64,000 nt of DNA, taken from NCBI GenBank assembly GCA_951406725.2, contig OX597820.1:89094001-89158000 (forward strand). Direction: 5' to 3'. The DNA is from Octopus vulgaris (Eukaryota). Under the pieces are notes generated by a model. The model was not told the origin of the DNA, did not search any database, and saw nothing but the letters and a program-made list of their open reading frames with translations. The position numbers were made by a program, and so were the translations under genes. Shown here piece by piece: positions 41,193 through 53,425 of this stretch (positions within the stretch are counted from its first letter, which is position 1; every line of letters starts with the position of its first letter).

Positions 41193-41492
41193 TGGAGACA
41201 CAATGGCTCAGTGGTTAGGGCAGTGGACTCGCGGTTGTAAGATCGTGGTTTCGATTCCCAGACTTGGCGTTGTGAGTGTTTATTGAGCGAAAACACCTAA
41301 AAGGTCCACGAGGCTCTGGCAGGGGAGGTGGTGATCCCTGCTGTACTCTTTCACCACTCTTTCTCTCACTCTTTCTTCTGTTAGCCTGCTCGCTTAGCCA
41401 GCGGGATGGCGTCATTTGAAGGCTAAAACAATGCGAACGCATTGTGACCAGCGATGTGTAGCAACATCTGATGGTCTGGTCGGTCACGTGAT
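41193..41492 (+). mobile_element. SINE family C with RTE-type tail
   Basis: A and B boxes tggctcagtgg / gtttcgattcc; tail gcattgtgaccagcgatgtgtagcaacatctgatggtctggtcggtcacgtga. Confidence 0.83.
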
Positions 41493-42144
41493 GTATCTAT
41501 GTATGAATATGTGTGTGTGTGTATGCATATATCAGGTCACTCATGGGCACTACTGGTAACATGTAACTCAGCACAACCTCTATCATGATCAGGTCCTCAG
41601 CAACTAAACTAGCAACCCCCATCAAGCTTGCTTGGTGAGGAGGGTGATTGTTGGACATTCTGCAGGACAAAAAATAAAACCTGTCAAAGAGCAGAGGAGC
41701 TCATGTGCAGTTAACGGTCATCCAACAATATGGTACATGTGTATGTATGCATATATCTATGCGTGGGGATGTGGAAATACATAGGTTAGTGCCCAGGTGC
41801 ATGGTTGGCCCACTGGGAGTGGGAGGCCTCTCTGTTGTTCTCACATCTCTCTAGGAGAGGGAAACTCTAAGAGAAAACCTATGACACTGAAAATATTCGA
41901 TGATGTATTGCCTTTCATCCTTTTGGGGCTGATGAATTAAGTACCAGTTGCGTACTGGGATTGATATAATTGACTGGCCCTTTCCCCCAAAATTTCGGGC
42001 CTTGTGCCTATATTTGATGATGTAGACTAGTTCTTTTTGAGTTTACGTTGTCTTTAATGATATGCGTTTTAAAAGTATATTGTATTGGTGCACTGGTGGA
42101 AAGTGTGTCTCACTAGTGCTATAAAGTTCCTGACTATGTTTATT

Positions 42145-42443
42145 TGTTGTTGTTTGTTCCTTCTCAAGCCATGCCTGGCTCATAGGGCCAGTTTCCTTGG
42201 TGTATAGGTTCCTCACCTGGACAGGACGCTAGTCCGTCACAGGTGAGCTGCAAGATGCAGGAAGAAAGAGTGAGAGAAAGTTGTGGTGAAAGAGTCAGCA
42301 GAAGTTCGCCATTACCTTCTACTGGAGCCGTGTGGAGCTTAGGTGTTTCGCTCATGAACACACATATTGCCTGGTCTGAGATTTGATCCCGCGATCCCTC
42401 AACTGCGAGTCCGCTGCTCTAACCACTAGGCCATGTGCCTTCA
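42145..42443 (-). mobile_element. SINE family C (same tail as the 2903 copy)
   Basis: Reverse complement of 2903-3200. Confidence 0.8.
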
Positions 42444-43276
42444 CTTGACTATGCTTATGGGAACACCTGAATTACATGGTGGATGAAACTAAATTACATG
42501 GGTGCTCCTGGTTCTTTCTTGGGTGTATGGAAATGTGGAATGTTCTGTATGTATGCCAAGTTCTTGTAGAATTCACTTTTAGCTAAGAGGAGCAGCTAAA
42601 TTAAAGATGCCTTTGTCAGAAGAAAATCACAAAAGTCTACAACTCTAAGTAAACAACATAAATTTTATTAACCTATATTTTCTCAAATATTTAACATTCT
42701 GTGTTAAAAAACGTTATAACACGAAATTTTTTTTCTTACATAAATAAATAAATAACTGCCAAATTATAGAATAAATATAAACATAAAACTATTCAGACAA
42801 TTTTGGCATTGAGAAAAACGTAATTAAAATACTCAAAGCTGTAACAAATGTTAGATCTCAGTATCTCTAATGACCCCTCATAGCAACTCCACATGTATAA
42901 CAGTACAAAAACTGCATCACATAGACAAGGATTCTTCGTCATAGTCAATAAATTCCTGATGAAATGGTAACCCTGTACAGAACTCAAGCGAGACCCATAC
43001 AAGGGTACTGCTCACATATGTGAGAAGGTGTTGCATGCTAATATTTTAGACTAAATCCAAAGTAGGCCATATGGCTTATTGGTAAAGATTCAATTACCAG
43101 TAGGTCTCAATTACTAATTCACAAATATGTTGTTTCATTTATCCAAATGGTTTTTATTTTTCTATTACTCTAAATTAGCTAGCTGCATATCATCATCACA
43201 TAAACTCACCCATATTAGTCTTCATCCTCACTGTTTCCATTTTTGAAGCCTACACTAAAAATTAATTTTTCCTTAA

Positions 43277-43495
43277 CCCTTTTGTTACCAACCTGGCTGA
43301 AACCGGCTCTGGCTCTGAGTACAAATGTCTTGTTTTCGTAAGTTTTGAATTAAAATCTTCCACCAAACCTTAGTCACATTTATGTTCCTAATACTAGCTT
43401 AATGATAACCAAGTTATTTTACTAAATTTTTTATTATGTTTAAAGTAATTGAAAGAAACACAGAGTATCTCAACAGAAATACAGTAACGAAAGGG
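43277..43495. mobile_element. piggyBac-type MITE, 219 bp (second family)
   Basis: TTAA TSD on both sides; TIR cccttttgttac / gtaacgaaaggg. Confidence 0.85.
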
Positions 43496-44063
43496 TTAAC
43501 AGAACAGTGACCCTCTAGAAATTCCCTTCTACCTGTTTTCACAGACATAATTATTCAACATCCAGTAATCTACTGCTTCCTATCATTTCTGTCACTTCAC
43601 CATTTACTCTACTATATATATTCCACCCTTCCACATTGGAAGCCCTATCAAAGATCATGGGCACTGACCTTTCTTTTAATCATAAGATTAAAAGTGGAGA
43701 GGGTTAAAGTTGGTTATACCAACCTTAGTACATGACATACTAATTCTATTGATGCTGGAAGGAAGGAAGAAAGGCAAGACTAACCTCTGCAAGAACTGAA
43801 TACAGAATTAAATGTAGTAAAGCATTTTTACTATTTTAAGGTCCTGTCTATGTTGCATCATAAATAAGGGTAACCCCTTATGTTTTGTCAACAAAATTAA
43901 AATCTGTTCAATATGGCAGTGTGGTAAGAAGTTCGCTTCTCAACTACATGGTTCTGGGTTTAGACCCACAATGTAGAACCATGGGTAAGTGTCTTCTACT
44001 GGGGCCAACCAAAGCCATGAGAGTGGATTTGGTAGATAGAAACTGAATGAAACCTACCGTATA

Positions 44064-44459
44064 TACTCCTTTACTTGTTTCAGCCATTTGACTGCGGCCA
44101 TGCTGGAGCACCGCCTTTTTAGTTGAGCAACTCAACCCCGGGACTTATTCTTTTGTGAGCCCAGTACTTATTCTATCGGTCTCTTTTGCCGAACCGCTAA
44201 GTAACGGGGACATAAACACACCAGCATCGGTTGTCAAGCAATGCTAGGGGACACACACAAACACACACATGCATATATATATATCTACATATATACGACA
44301 GGCTTCTTTCAGTTTCCGTCTACCAAATCCACTCACAAGGCTTTGGTCGGCCTGAGGCTATAGTAGAAGACACTTGCCCATGGTGCCACGCAGTGGGACT
44401 GAACCCGGAACCATGTGGTTGGTAGACAAGCTACTTAGCACACAGCCACTCCTGCGCCT
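44064..44459 (-). mobile_element. SINE family A, young copy nested in an older opposite-orientation copy
   Basis: Family match; older head at about 43915-44060 (+). Confidence 0.85.
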
Positions 44460-44616
44460 GTTTATATATATATAAACGATAAGCGGCGTCCTTTTCAAGC
44501 CTAGCCCGGGTCATGGGCCCGGTTTCCTGGTTTCTGTGGCGTGTGTGTTCCCCCCAGCTGGACAGGACACCAGTCCATTGCAATATATATATATATGAAG
44601 GTGCATGGCTCAGTGT

Positions 44617-44935
44617 TTAGAGCGTCGAGCTTACGATCGTGAGGTTGTGAACTCGAATCCCACATCGGACTGCATGTTGTGTTCTTGAGCAAGATACTTT
44701 ATTTCCCATTTCTCCAGTTCACTCAGCTGTTGAAATGAGTTGCGATGTCACAGGTGCCAAGCTGTATCGACCCCTTTGCCTTTCCTTTGGATAACAGTGG
44801 TGGCGTGGAGAGGGGAGGCCGGTATGCATGGGCGACTGCTGGTCTTCCATAAACAACCTTGCCCGGACTTGTGCCTGGGAGGGTAACTTTCTAGATGCAA
44901 TCCCATGGTCTGTGTCGTGACCGAAGGGGGTCTCA
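44617..44935 (+). mobile_element. tRNA-derived SINE (further family)
   Basis: A box tggctcagtg, B-box-like ctcgaatccc, core gtgttcttgagcaagatacttt. Flanked by (TA)n. Confidence 0.65.
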
Positions 44936-45229
44936 GATATATATATGAGTGTGTGTGTGTGTGTGCACATGTGTTACTGTTTCCTTGTTTTGACTTCATG
45001 CTACAGTTGTAAATGAATGTCACCAACATACAAGAGGAGTTCTATGTTTGCAGTTTTATGTGAAAACATGTTTGGTCATAGAGAAATATATTATCATATG
45101 CAGAAACAGGTGAGTGTTGGTGACAGAGAGGGCATTGAGCTATAGAAAATTCACTGCAACAAATTCCATCTGACCCATGCAAGCATGGAAAAGTGGACAT
45201 AAAACAATGATGATGGTCACACCTTTATA

Positions 45230-45492
45230 CAGTGGTTTCCAACATTTTCACTACCAAGGACCCCTTTTATTTAAATGAGTTTGTCCAGACTCCTTTTAAT
45301 ATGCTTATACACACACACACATATATATATATAGAGTGCTAGCATTTTACATGTGGTAAAATGCTAGCTTACCAACCACATGGTTCCGGGTTCAGTTCCA
45401 ATGCATGACACCTTGGACAACATCTACTACAGCCTCTGGCTGACCAAAGCCTTGCGAGTGGATTTGGTAGATGGAAACTGAAAGAAGACTGT

Positions 45493-45528
<36 letters not shown>

Positions 45529-45908
45529 CTTTTATCTTTTACTTGTTTCAGTCATTAGACTGCAGCCATGCTGGGGCACCACCTCAACCATGTATATCTT
45601 CTACTATAGCCTGGGGCTAATCTGTGTTTGTACCCCCAGCATCGCTTGACAACCGATGTTGGTGTGTTTATGTCCACGTAAAGTAGCGGTTCGGCAAGAG
45701 ACCGATGGAATAGGAACTAGGCTTACAAAGAATAAGCACTGTATACAATAATTTCCTTATTATTATAACTGGGGTCGATTTGTTCAACTAAATGACAGAA
45801 ACAAGTAAAAGAATAAAAGTATTTGAAATTTTGAATTTTGTTCACGGATCCCCAATACTACCTTTGTGGACCACCAGGGGTCCGTGGAACACAGGTTGGA
45901 TACCACTA
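45230..45908. mobile_element. hAT-type MITE with nested SINE A fragments
   Basis: TIR cagtggtttccaac / gttggataccacta; imperfect 8-bp TSD cctttata/cttttaga. Confidence 0.6.
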
Positions 45909-46464
45909 CTTTTAGAGGATTCCTCAAAAATATAATTTTTTCTAAATATTTTTCAGTGTTTGAAATATACATTTTTCTTCATGAGTATATTATAGACTAC
46001 AGAGTAATTATTACATTTTTGACTTTGAAATGCAGAGTAATTAAGTCTTCAGTTTTTCTTTGATTAATTGAGATTATCTTTGCAATTAGAAGACAGAATT
46101 CCTTGAACTATTAAAAATTAAAAAAAATAGCAAAGGAAGGATAACTCCAGTAAAGTTGATTAAAAAAATATAGAAAAAGCGGTTCGTTATTAAGTCTTAC
46201 CAAAGATAAGACTGATTAAATTGATATATCAAAAACATTTCAGCCATGACCATCTCGTTTTTACCTTTTGAGACATCATGTTGTATTTAAAACAACGTTA
46301 TCCAATGCGGGCCAAATTATCAGTATTTTAAAATGGTAGAGTGAATATTTAAGGGAAGTATGACTGCTATCCGTAGCGTGACTGAGCGACCACGTTAATA
46401 TTTATCGAGGACAATACACCTGATATAAAGGGTGTTCAAATATGGCTTATTCAATAGAAATAGA

Positions 46465-47221
46465 GGATCATGTTCAATTTCTTCCAACCACTTTAGATGT
46501 ATTTGAAAATTTTCGAAATACGGTGTAGTTCTGAATGCAGATAACGAAAATCGCATTAATTTTGTTTTTTCTAGAAATTAATAATAAAAAAGTCACAACT
46601 ATTTAAAGTTATATAATTTTAGCCAATCGAAGAGGTCCATTGTCATTGTACAGGAGGTAAGAACTGTCTGTTGTCATGGAAATAAGCAAAAACAACGAAG
46701 ACGGGACCTTTTACGTGGTCAATATACCTGCTAGAAATAGCAGCCAAATCTTCTTTAACCTATACTACAACGTCTAAAAAGCAGAAACAATGACACATTA
46801 TATCAGTTAGTTGAGTGGAAGATTTTCTGTAGTTTCTTTCATGCAATAATTAATGCATTTCATTATGCTCCTAAATTCACAGCGACACTGAAGTATGTTT
46901 ATTATATGTAATCATAAACATGACGCTGAGCACGTGTTAGTTATTAATGCATGCAGTGTTTATGATTTCATATTTAGAGTCGCAGATGCATTGGCGCTCC
47001 AATTATGAATAAAAAATAACATACAGAGACTTTGCCGCCAACTACGTCATATATGCACCTCTTCGACTCGCTAAATTTACATAACTTCAAATGCTTGCAA
47101 CTTCTTTAATTATTGATTTCTAGAATGTGCTTGTGCAAAAAGTACTGTATTATTTTAAAAAGATAACCTGGTAAAATATTTGAAAAACTTCAAGTAGTTG
47201 GAAAAAAACTTAACAAGATCC
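46465..47221. mobile_element. MITE with ~30-bp imperfect TIRs beginning GGATC
   Basis: ggatcatgttcaatttcttccaaccactt versus aagtagttggaaaaaaacttaacaagatcc. Confidence 0.6.
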
Positions 47222-48117
47222 AGAGTGGAAATTACTGATTAAACAATATTTGATAAATTGAATATATAAATAAATAAAATTAAATTAAAAATCTGAATCT
47301 TAGCATCGGTTCTGAAAACTGACAAATACCAGACCCGCCGCCGTTGCTTAGTGAAAAAGTTTTGGTTCTCCACCCTGTATTAATCAAAAGACAGAATAAA
47401 GTTCGCATCGTTATCATTCTTTCTTCGTCTGGTGTTAGACAAATTTAAAAGTTTAAAACTATTTTGATTTTATTAAACAAAGCAATTTGTCAGCTCCACC
47501 TTTTAGGCCTTATAACACAAAGCGTGTTTGAAATTTAAAACGATGATTATGTTATTTCGTTCGTGTATATTCAATGTACAAAAAGTTTGAGTAAACTACA
47601 TTATTTTGAAGTAAAGATTAAAGATTCAGAGAAGCAGAGTAAAGATTCAGCTCCCTCTTCTTTTCATGATAGAATAATTTATCCTACCTTGTGTTCTGAC
47701 TGTATTTTCTATTTTCCGACGATAATTTCCATGGGGAATCTACTGTCATACTATGCACACCATGATAACTACAAAACAGTTTCGTGTTGCATGGCTTTGT
47801 AAGCAAATAGGTCAAAAGGAACGTTTGTTCTTATCAGACTAAAAACTGCCAACATGACGAGGGCGATCACGAACAATACGTGATTATGCGAACAGTTAAA
47901 CATCCGAGTCATACAGCCTTTGCGCCACTCAACCGAGACAGGCGCGATGATTCGCTAGTTGCAGACTTAGTAGAGTTTTGGTAAAGCTACCCCATCCCAG
48001 TTACGTGGCGGTAAAGAATATGCACACCACCCCTTTCTCAGCGTAACTCTAACCCTAATCCAAAAACGCCAAAAACGAGAAGTGGTGCGTTTCCTTTACC
48101 TTCGTCTCAGTCGCATA

Positions 48118-48350
48118 CCTATTTCTTTACTACCCACAAGGGGCTAAAAACTGAGGGGACAAACAAGGACAGACATAGGGATTAAGTCGATTACATCGAC
48201 CCCAGTGCGTAACTGGTACTTAATTAATCGACCTCGAAAGGATGAAAGGAAAAGTCGACCTCGGCGGAATTTGAACTCAGAACGTAACGGCAGAGGAAAT
48301 ACGGCTACGCAATGCGTCCAACGTGCTAACGTTTCTGCCAGCTCGCCGCC
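48118..48350 (-). mobile_element. SINE family B
   Basis: Near-consensus copy with CpGs intact. Confidence 0.87.
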
Positions 48351-48879
48351 TCAATATAAAGGAAAAGGCAGAAAAGCAAAACCGTAAAATCCTCATAGTT
48401 TTGGAGTGAGAAGAAAAAAAATTCAAAATCATAAAACGTACGTACGCACACGCATTAGAAGTGACTGTGCGGTAAGAAAGTTGCTTCACAACAACATGGT
48501 TCCGGGTTCAGTTCCACTTCATGGCATATTGGGCAAATATCTTCTACCATGGGTCCAGGCCAACTAAAGATTTGCGAGAGAATTTGGTAGATAAAAACTG
48601 AAAGAAGCCAGACTTACACACACACACACACACACATACACACGTGTTTGTTTCCCCCTGTCCGCTTGACAACTGATACTAGTTTGTTTACATCCTGTGA
48701 CTAAACGGTTCGACAAACACGACCGATAGAATAAGCATCAGGCTTAAAAAATATACATACTGAGGATTTGTTCGATTAAAAGTCCTTCAAGGTATTTTTC
48801 TAGCATGGCCGAAGTAGAACGACTCAAACAAGTAAAAAGGGGAAAAGTAAAAAGGGGGAAAAAAAAAATGAACAAATTT

Positions 48880-49472
48880 TATACATGCATGTATGTACAC
48901 ATACATACATGCATACATATACACATACATACATATATGCATACACATACATATACATGCACACATACGTACACACATACATGCAATACATACAAGCATA
49001 TATGCATACATACATAACACATACACATACGTACATATGCATGCATGCATACACACTACATATACACGCATAAATGCAATACACACATGCATACACAAAT
49101 ATATACGTACATACAAACATACATACATGCATACATACACATATACATACATGCATACAAACATACATAATACATACATACACACACATGCACATATACA
49201 TACACACATAAAGCATACATACACATACATACAAACATATTACATACATACATGTATACACACATACATACATACATACATACACATACATAAATGCATA
49301 CATACATACATACATGCATAGATACATAAATACATACATGCATACATACATGCACACACATACATACATACACGCATACATCCACACACATACATACATA
49401 CATACATACATACATACATACATACATACATACATACATACATACATACATACATACGTACATACATACATA
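48880..49472. repeat. (CATA)n/(CA)n compound microsatellite
   Basis: Long tacata/cataca runs; source of the 215-aa MYVC pseudo-ORF. Confidence 0.95.
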
Positions 49473-49474
49473 CT

Positions 49475-49810
49475 CTTTGGTACCTATCATCATGGGTGTA
49501 CAAATTCGCACAAAAACTTAGAAACATTTAGGTTTTCTGAAGAAAGAGCAAAAGAAACTGACATGGGATTTCCACATACAGTCTATCAGAGGCACAGTGA
49601 GGATTTGTAAGACATTTCAAAAATTCTCCATCTGAGATTCTTATGGGAAAAGATACACACACTTGGTGAGTATGCATTGACAGTTGAACCAACACCTCAA
49701 CTCAAATGCAACCCTGGGAACTCTCTTAACTCAAAAAGTCTTGTCAAGCGACCAGCTTGAACTCTCTCAAGAAGAGCTTAAACAAAACTAATAGAAAAAT
49801 AAAACATGCA
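49475..49810 (+). mobile_element. 3' end of an R4/Dong-like (REL) non-LTR element
   Basis: VPIIMG...GFLKKEQKKLTWDFHIQSIRGTVRICKTFQKF resembles the C-terminus of REL-type ORFs (VPI.IGA.G...Q...GT..I). Confidence 0.55.
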
Positions 49811-49939
49811 TTTATGAAATCTTAAAAAAAATAACAAAAAAAAAAACAAAGGCAAGAATAGAAAAAATCTACCCTTTTCGTTTCTCATGTTTTGGGACTT
49901 CGAAGGACAGCTATTCTACAACTCTGCCTTTGCAGGACC

Positions 49940-50674
49940 ACCAAAATTTTGGGGGAGAGGGCTTGTCGATTAGATCGGCCCCAGTACGCTACTGGTACTT
50001 AATTTATCGACCCCAAAGGGTTGAAAGGCAAAGTTGACCTCGGCGGAATTTGAACTCAGAACATAAAGACAGAAGAAATACCTATTTCTTTACTACCCAC
50101 AAGGGGCTAAACACAGAGAGGACAAACAAGGACAAACAAACGCGTTAAGTCGATTATATCGACCCCAGTGCGTAACTGGTACTTATTTAATCGACTCCGA
50201 AAGGATGAAAGGCAAAGTCGACCTCGGCGGAATTTGAACTCAGAACGTAGTGGCAGACGAAATACCTATTTCTTTACTACCCACAAGGGGCTAAACACAG
50301 AGAGGACAAACAAGGACAGACAAACGCGTTAAGTCGATTATATCGACCCCAGTGCGTAACTGGTACTTATTTAATCGACTCCGAAAGGATGAAAGGCAAA
50401 GTCGACCTCGGAGGAATTTGAACTCAGAACGTAGTGGCAGACGAAATACCTATTTCTTTACTACCCACAAGGGGCTAAACACAGAGAGGACAAACAAGGA
50501 CAGACAGACGGATTAAGTCGATTACATCGACCCCAGTGCGTAACTGGTACCTAATTTATCGACCCCGAAAGGATGAAAGGCAAAGTCGACCTCGGCGGAA
50601 TTTGAGCGTAACGGCAGACGAAATACGGCTACGCATTTCGCCCGGCGTGCTAACGTTTCTGCCAGCTCGCCGCC
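49940..50674 (-). mobile_element. Tandem array of SINE family B, 184-bp period
   Basis: cctatttctttactacccac starts at 50081, 50265 and 50449. There is a single complete head at about 50674, and an older copy at the left end. Confidence 0.9.
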
Positions 50675-51105
50675 TTTCTACCATGAACCTTTCTATCTGC
50701 CAGTGTGCCACGAACCTTTCAGTCTGTCTGCCAAAGCTTTTCTGTCTGTCTCTCTGCTGACCACGATATTTTATAACAACTGTGGAAGCTAGAAGGACAG
50801 ACATACTGCAGCAGAGATTGTACCTAAATAGGTCAGCGCCTGTCCATTTGAACTTTGCCTGACATGGTTGAGGTCGTAGGTTAAAGGGAGATGATTTATG
50901 ATTTTTTTTCAGGACAAAGAAAACCTTTCTTTTTTGCGCCTTGTTGATCGTGATGGTTTGGACGACCGAGGAACCTTAGATTCGGTTTCGAATCTAAGCC
51001 TGGAGAAGGAAGTGTTAATTTTATTTCAAGGGTCTATGAAAAGTTTTGATTTAAATGTATGTATTTCAAGAAATAGCTAGTTTTTTCCCCTGTAATGTTT
51101 TACAT

Positions 51106-51482
51106 AGACGCACGAGTGGCTCTGTGGTAAGTAGCTTGCTTACCAAACACATGGCTCTGGGTTCAGTCCCACTGCGTGGCATCTTGGGCAAGTGTCTTCT
51201 ACTATAGCCTCGGGCCGACCAAAGCCTTGTGAGTGGATTTGATAGACAGAAACTGAAAGAAGCCCGTCGTATATGTGTTTGTCTCCCAGCATCACTTGAC
51301 AACCAATGCTGGTGTGTTTACGTCCCTGTAACTTAGCGGTTCGGCAAAAGAGGCCGATAGAATAAGTACTAGGCTTACAAAGAATAAGTTCTGGGGTCGA
51401 TTTGCTCGACTAAAAGCAGTACTCCAGCATGGCCACAGTCAAATGACTGAAACAAGTAAAAGAGTAAAAAGAGTAAAGAGTA
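51106..51482 (+). mobile_element. SINE family A
   Basis: Family match with aagagtaaaaagagtaaagag tail. Confidence 0.87.
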
Positions 51483-51526
51483 TAGTACAACCAGCACAAG
51501 CTAATGCGTGAGAAGCAGAGTAAGAA

Positions 51527-51932
51527 TTTTCGGTTTGAACGGCAGTTTTTCTAGCGGTGTCATATGAAATTATCACCCATAATTATGACCCTAGTATCGA
51601 TCTATTGCATTTCAATCTGTTTTAGGGTTAGGGGTGCGGGGGAAGGGTATCTTTTTTTCTTCAGAAATGTAAATAAACCCAATCTGTTTCTTAAACGAGG
51701 GACATATTCATACGGCACAGAATGTTTTCACCTCAATAGACGTCATTGATTGGTTGGAATTGCAGAAATTGAAGAAAAGCAACAACAAATATCTTACAAA
51801 CTATAGAATTTTCTCAATAAAACCAAGAGAAAAAGATGTTTTATTAACACATTTTACCAGTATACGAAGTTTAAAAGTGTTTAGTCACGTGGAAATTATT
51901 TTAAAAATCTGCCGTTCAAACCGAAAAGATCC
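51527..51932. mobile_element. MITE with 19-bp perfect TIR
   Basis: ttttcggtttgaacggcag (51527) / ctgccgttcaaaccgaaaa (51909-51927). The right end continues gatcc; internal ttagggttagggg. Confidence 0.8.
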
Positions 51933-52307
51933 CTAGTTTTTAAACATCGAATGGCTATGAGGGGGGGGGCATCAGAATAAAATAGTGAAAAAGGGATCCA
52001 AAGAACAAAAATGGTTGAGAACTCCTGTTGTGGTGGCACCTATCCACGTTGCTTCGGGTTTTTTTTAACCTTTTTCCATCGTTACAATTAGTCACTAGAT
52101 AGGCCACGAAGAACCTGCTACGTGGTCACTCGATTGGCTAGAGATAACAGGCAAGCTTTTTCGAGAAATCGAGCCAAGACATGACTCATCATCAGGCGGA
52201 CTGCACTACTACTACTAAGAAATAAGTCAAAGTAAGTCACATGGGCTGCATGCGGGGATTCTGTTTGCACATATTACGTTAGTGGCCTGAAAGGAGGAAG
52301 GACACAT

Positions 52308-52725
52308 TACTCTTTTACTCTTTTACTCTTTTACTTGTTTCAGTCATTTGACTGTGGCCATGCTGGAGCACCGCCTTTAATCGAGCAAATCGAACCCGGG
52401 ACTTATTCTTTGTAAGCCCAGTACTTATTCTATCGGTCTCTTTTGCCGAACCGCTAGGTAACGGGGACATAAACACACCAGCATCGGTTGTCAAGCAGTG
52501 CTAGGGGGACAAACACAAACATACATGCACACACATATATACATATATATATACATATATACGACAGGCTTCTTTCAGTTTCTGTCTACCAAATCCACTC
52601 ACAAGGCTTAGGTCGGCCCGAGGCTATAGCAGAAGACACTTGCCCAAGGTGCCACGCAGTGGGACTGAACCCGGAACCATGTGGTTGGTAAACAAGTTAC
52701 TTACCACACAGCCACTCCTGCGCCT
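52308..52725 (-). mobile_element. SINE family A, young copy
   Basis: (tactcttt)3 tail and near-consensus body. Confidence 0.88.
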
Positions 52726-52944
52726 ATTGAGTAATATTATTCCAGATATTACGTCGGGAACTCCCCCCTCCACCTCTGTCCCCCCTCTTCATATAGTATT
52801 CTATTGAAGAGTTTGAACGCTGCATTGAAAGCTAATAAATCATTTTGTCAATTAAATATCGCCGTCGTCTGTTTGATCTTGCGTCAGGGTTCGATAGAGA
52901 AGAAACCAAGTGCCGGATAGAGAAACATAGTGACAACGGTGACG

Positions 52945-53425
52945 GAGACGACGACGACGACGACGAAATAACAGCAGCAGCAACGACAGGAGGAGGAGGA
53001 GGAGGAGGAGGAGAAGAAGAAGAAGAAGAAGAATGAGGAGAAGGAGAAGAAGAAGGAGAAGGAGAAGAAAAGAAGAAAAGAGGACGAAGAAGAATGAGAA
53101 GAAGAAGAAGAAGAATGAGGAGAAGGAGAAGAAGAATGAGAAGAAGAAGGAGAAGGAGAAGAAAAGAAGAAAAGAGGACGAAGAAGAATGAGAAGAAGAA
53201 GAAGAAGAAGAATGAGAAGAAGAAGAAGAAGAAGAAGAAGAAGAAGAATGAGGAGGAGGAGAAGAAGAAGAAGAAAAGAAGACGAAGAAGAAGGAGAAGA
53301 AAAGAAGAAAAGAAGACGAAGAAGAAGAATGAGAAGAAGAAGAAGAAGAAGAAGAAGAAGAAGAAGAAGAAGAAGAAGAAGAAGAAAGAGGAGTAGGAGG
53401 AGAGAGAGTGAGAGATAAGAAGATA
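52945..53425. repeat. Polypurine (GAA/GGA)n low-complexity tract
   Basis: About 480 bp of almost only A and G; source of the poly-R/K/E and poly-L/S pseudo-ORFs. Confidence 0.95.

Noticed and set aside
46190-46300. Minus-strand donor G|GTAAGA at the CpG boundary as a first exon
   Set aside because: The adjacent sequence resembles an old dispersed repeat, and the motif alone is insufficient.
48787-49610. Long ORFs (up to 215 aa) rich in M/Y/V/C or H/T/Y/I
   Set aside because: They are translations of a (CATA)n microsatellite. The same applies to ORFs at 5.5-7.7 kb, 33.5 kb and elsewhere.
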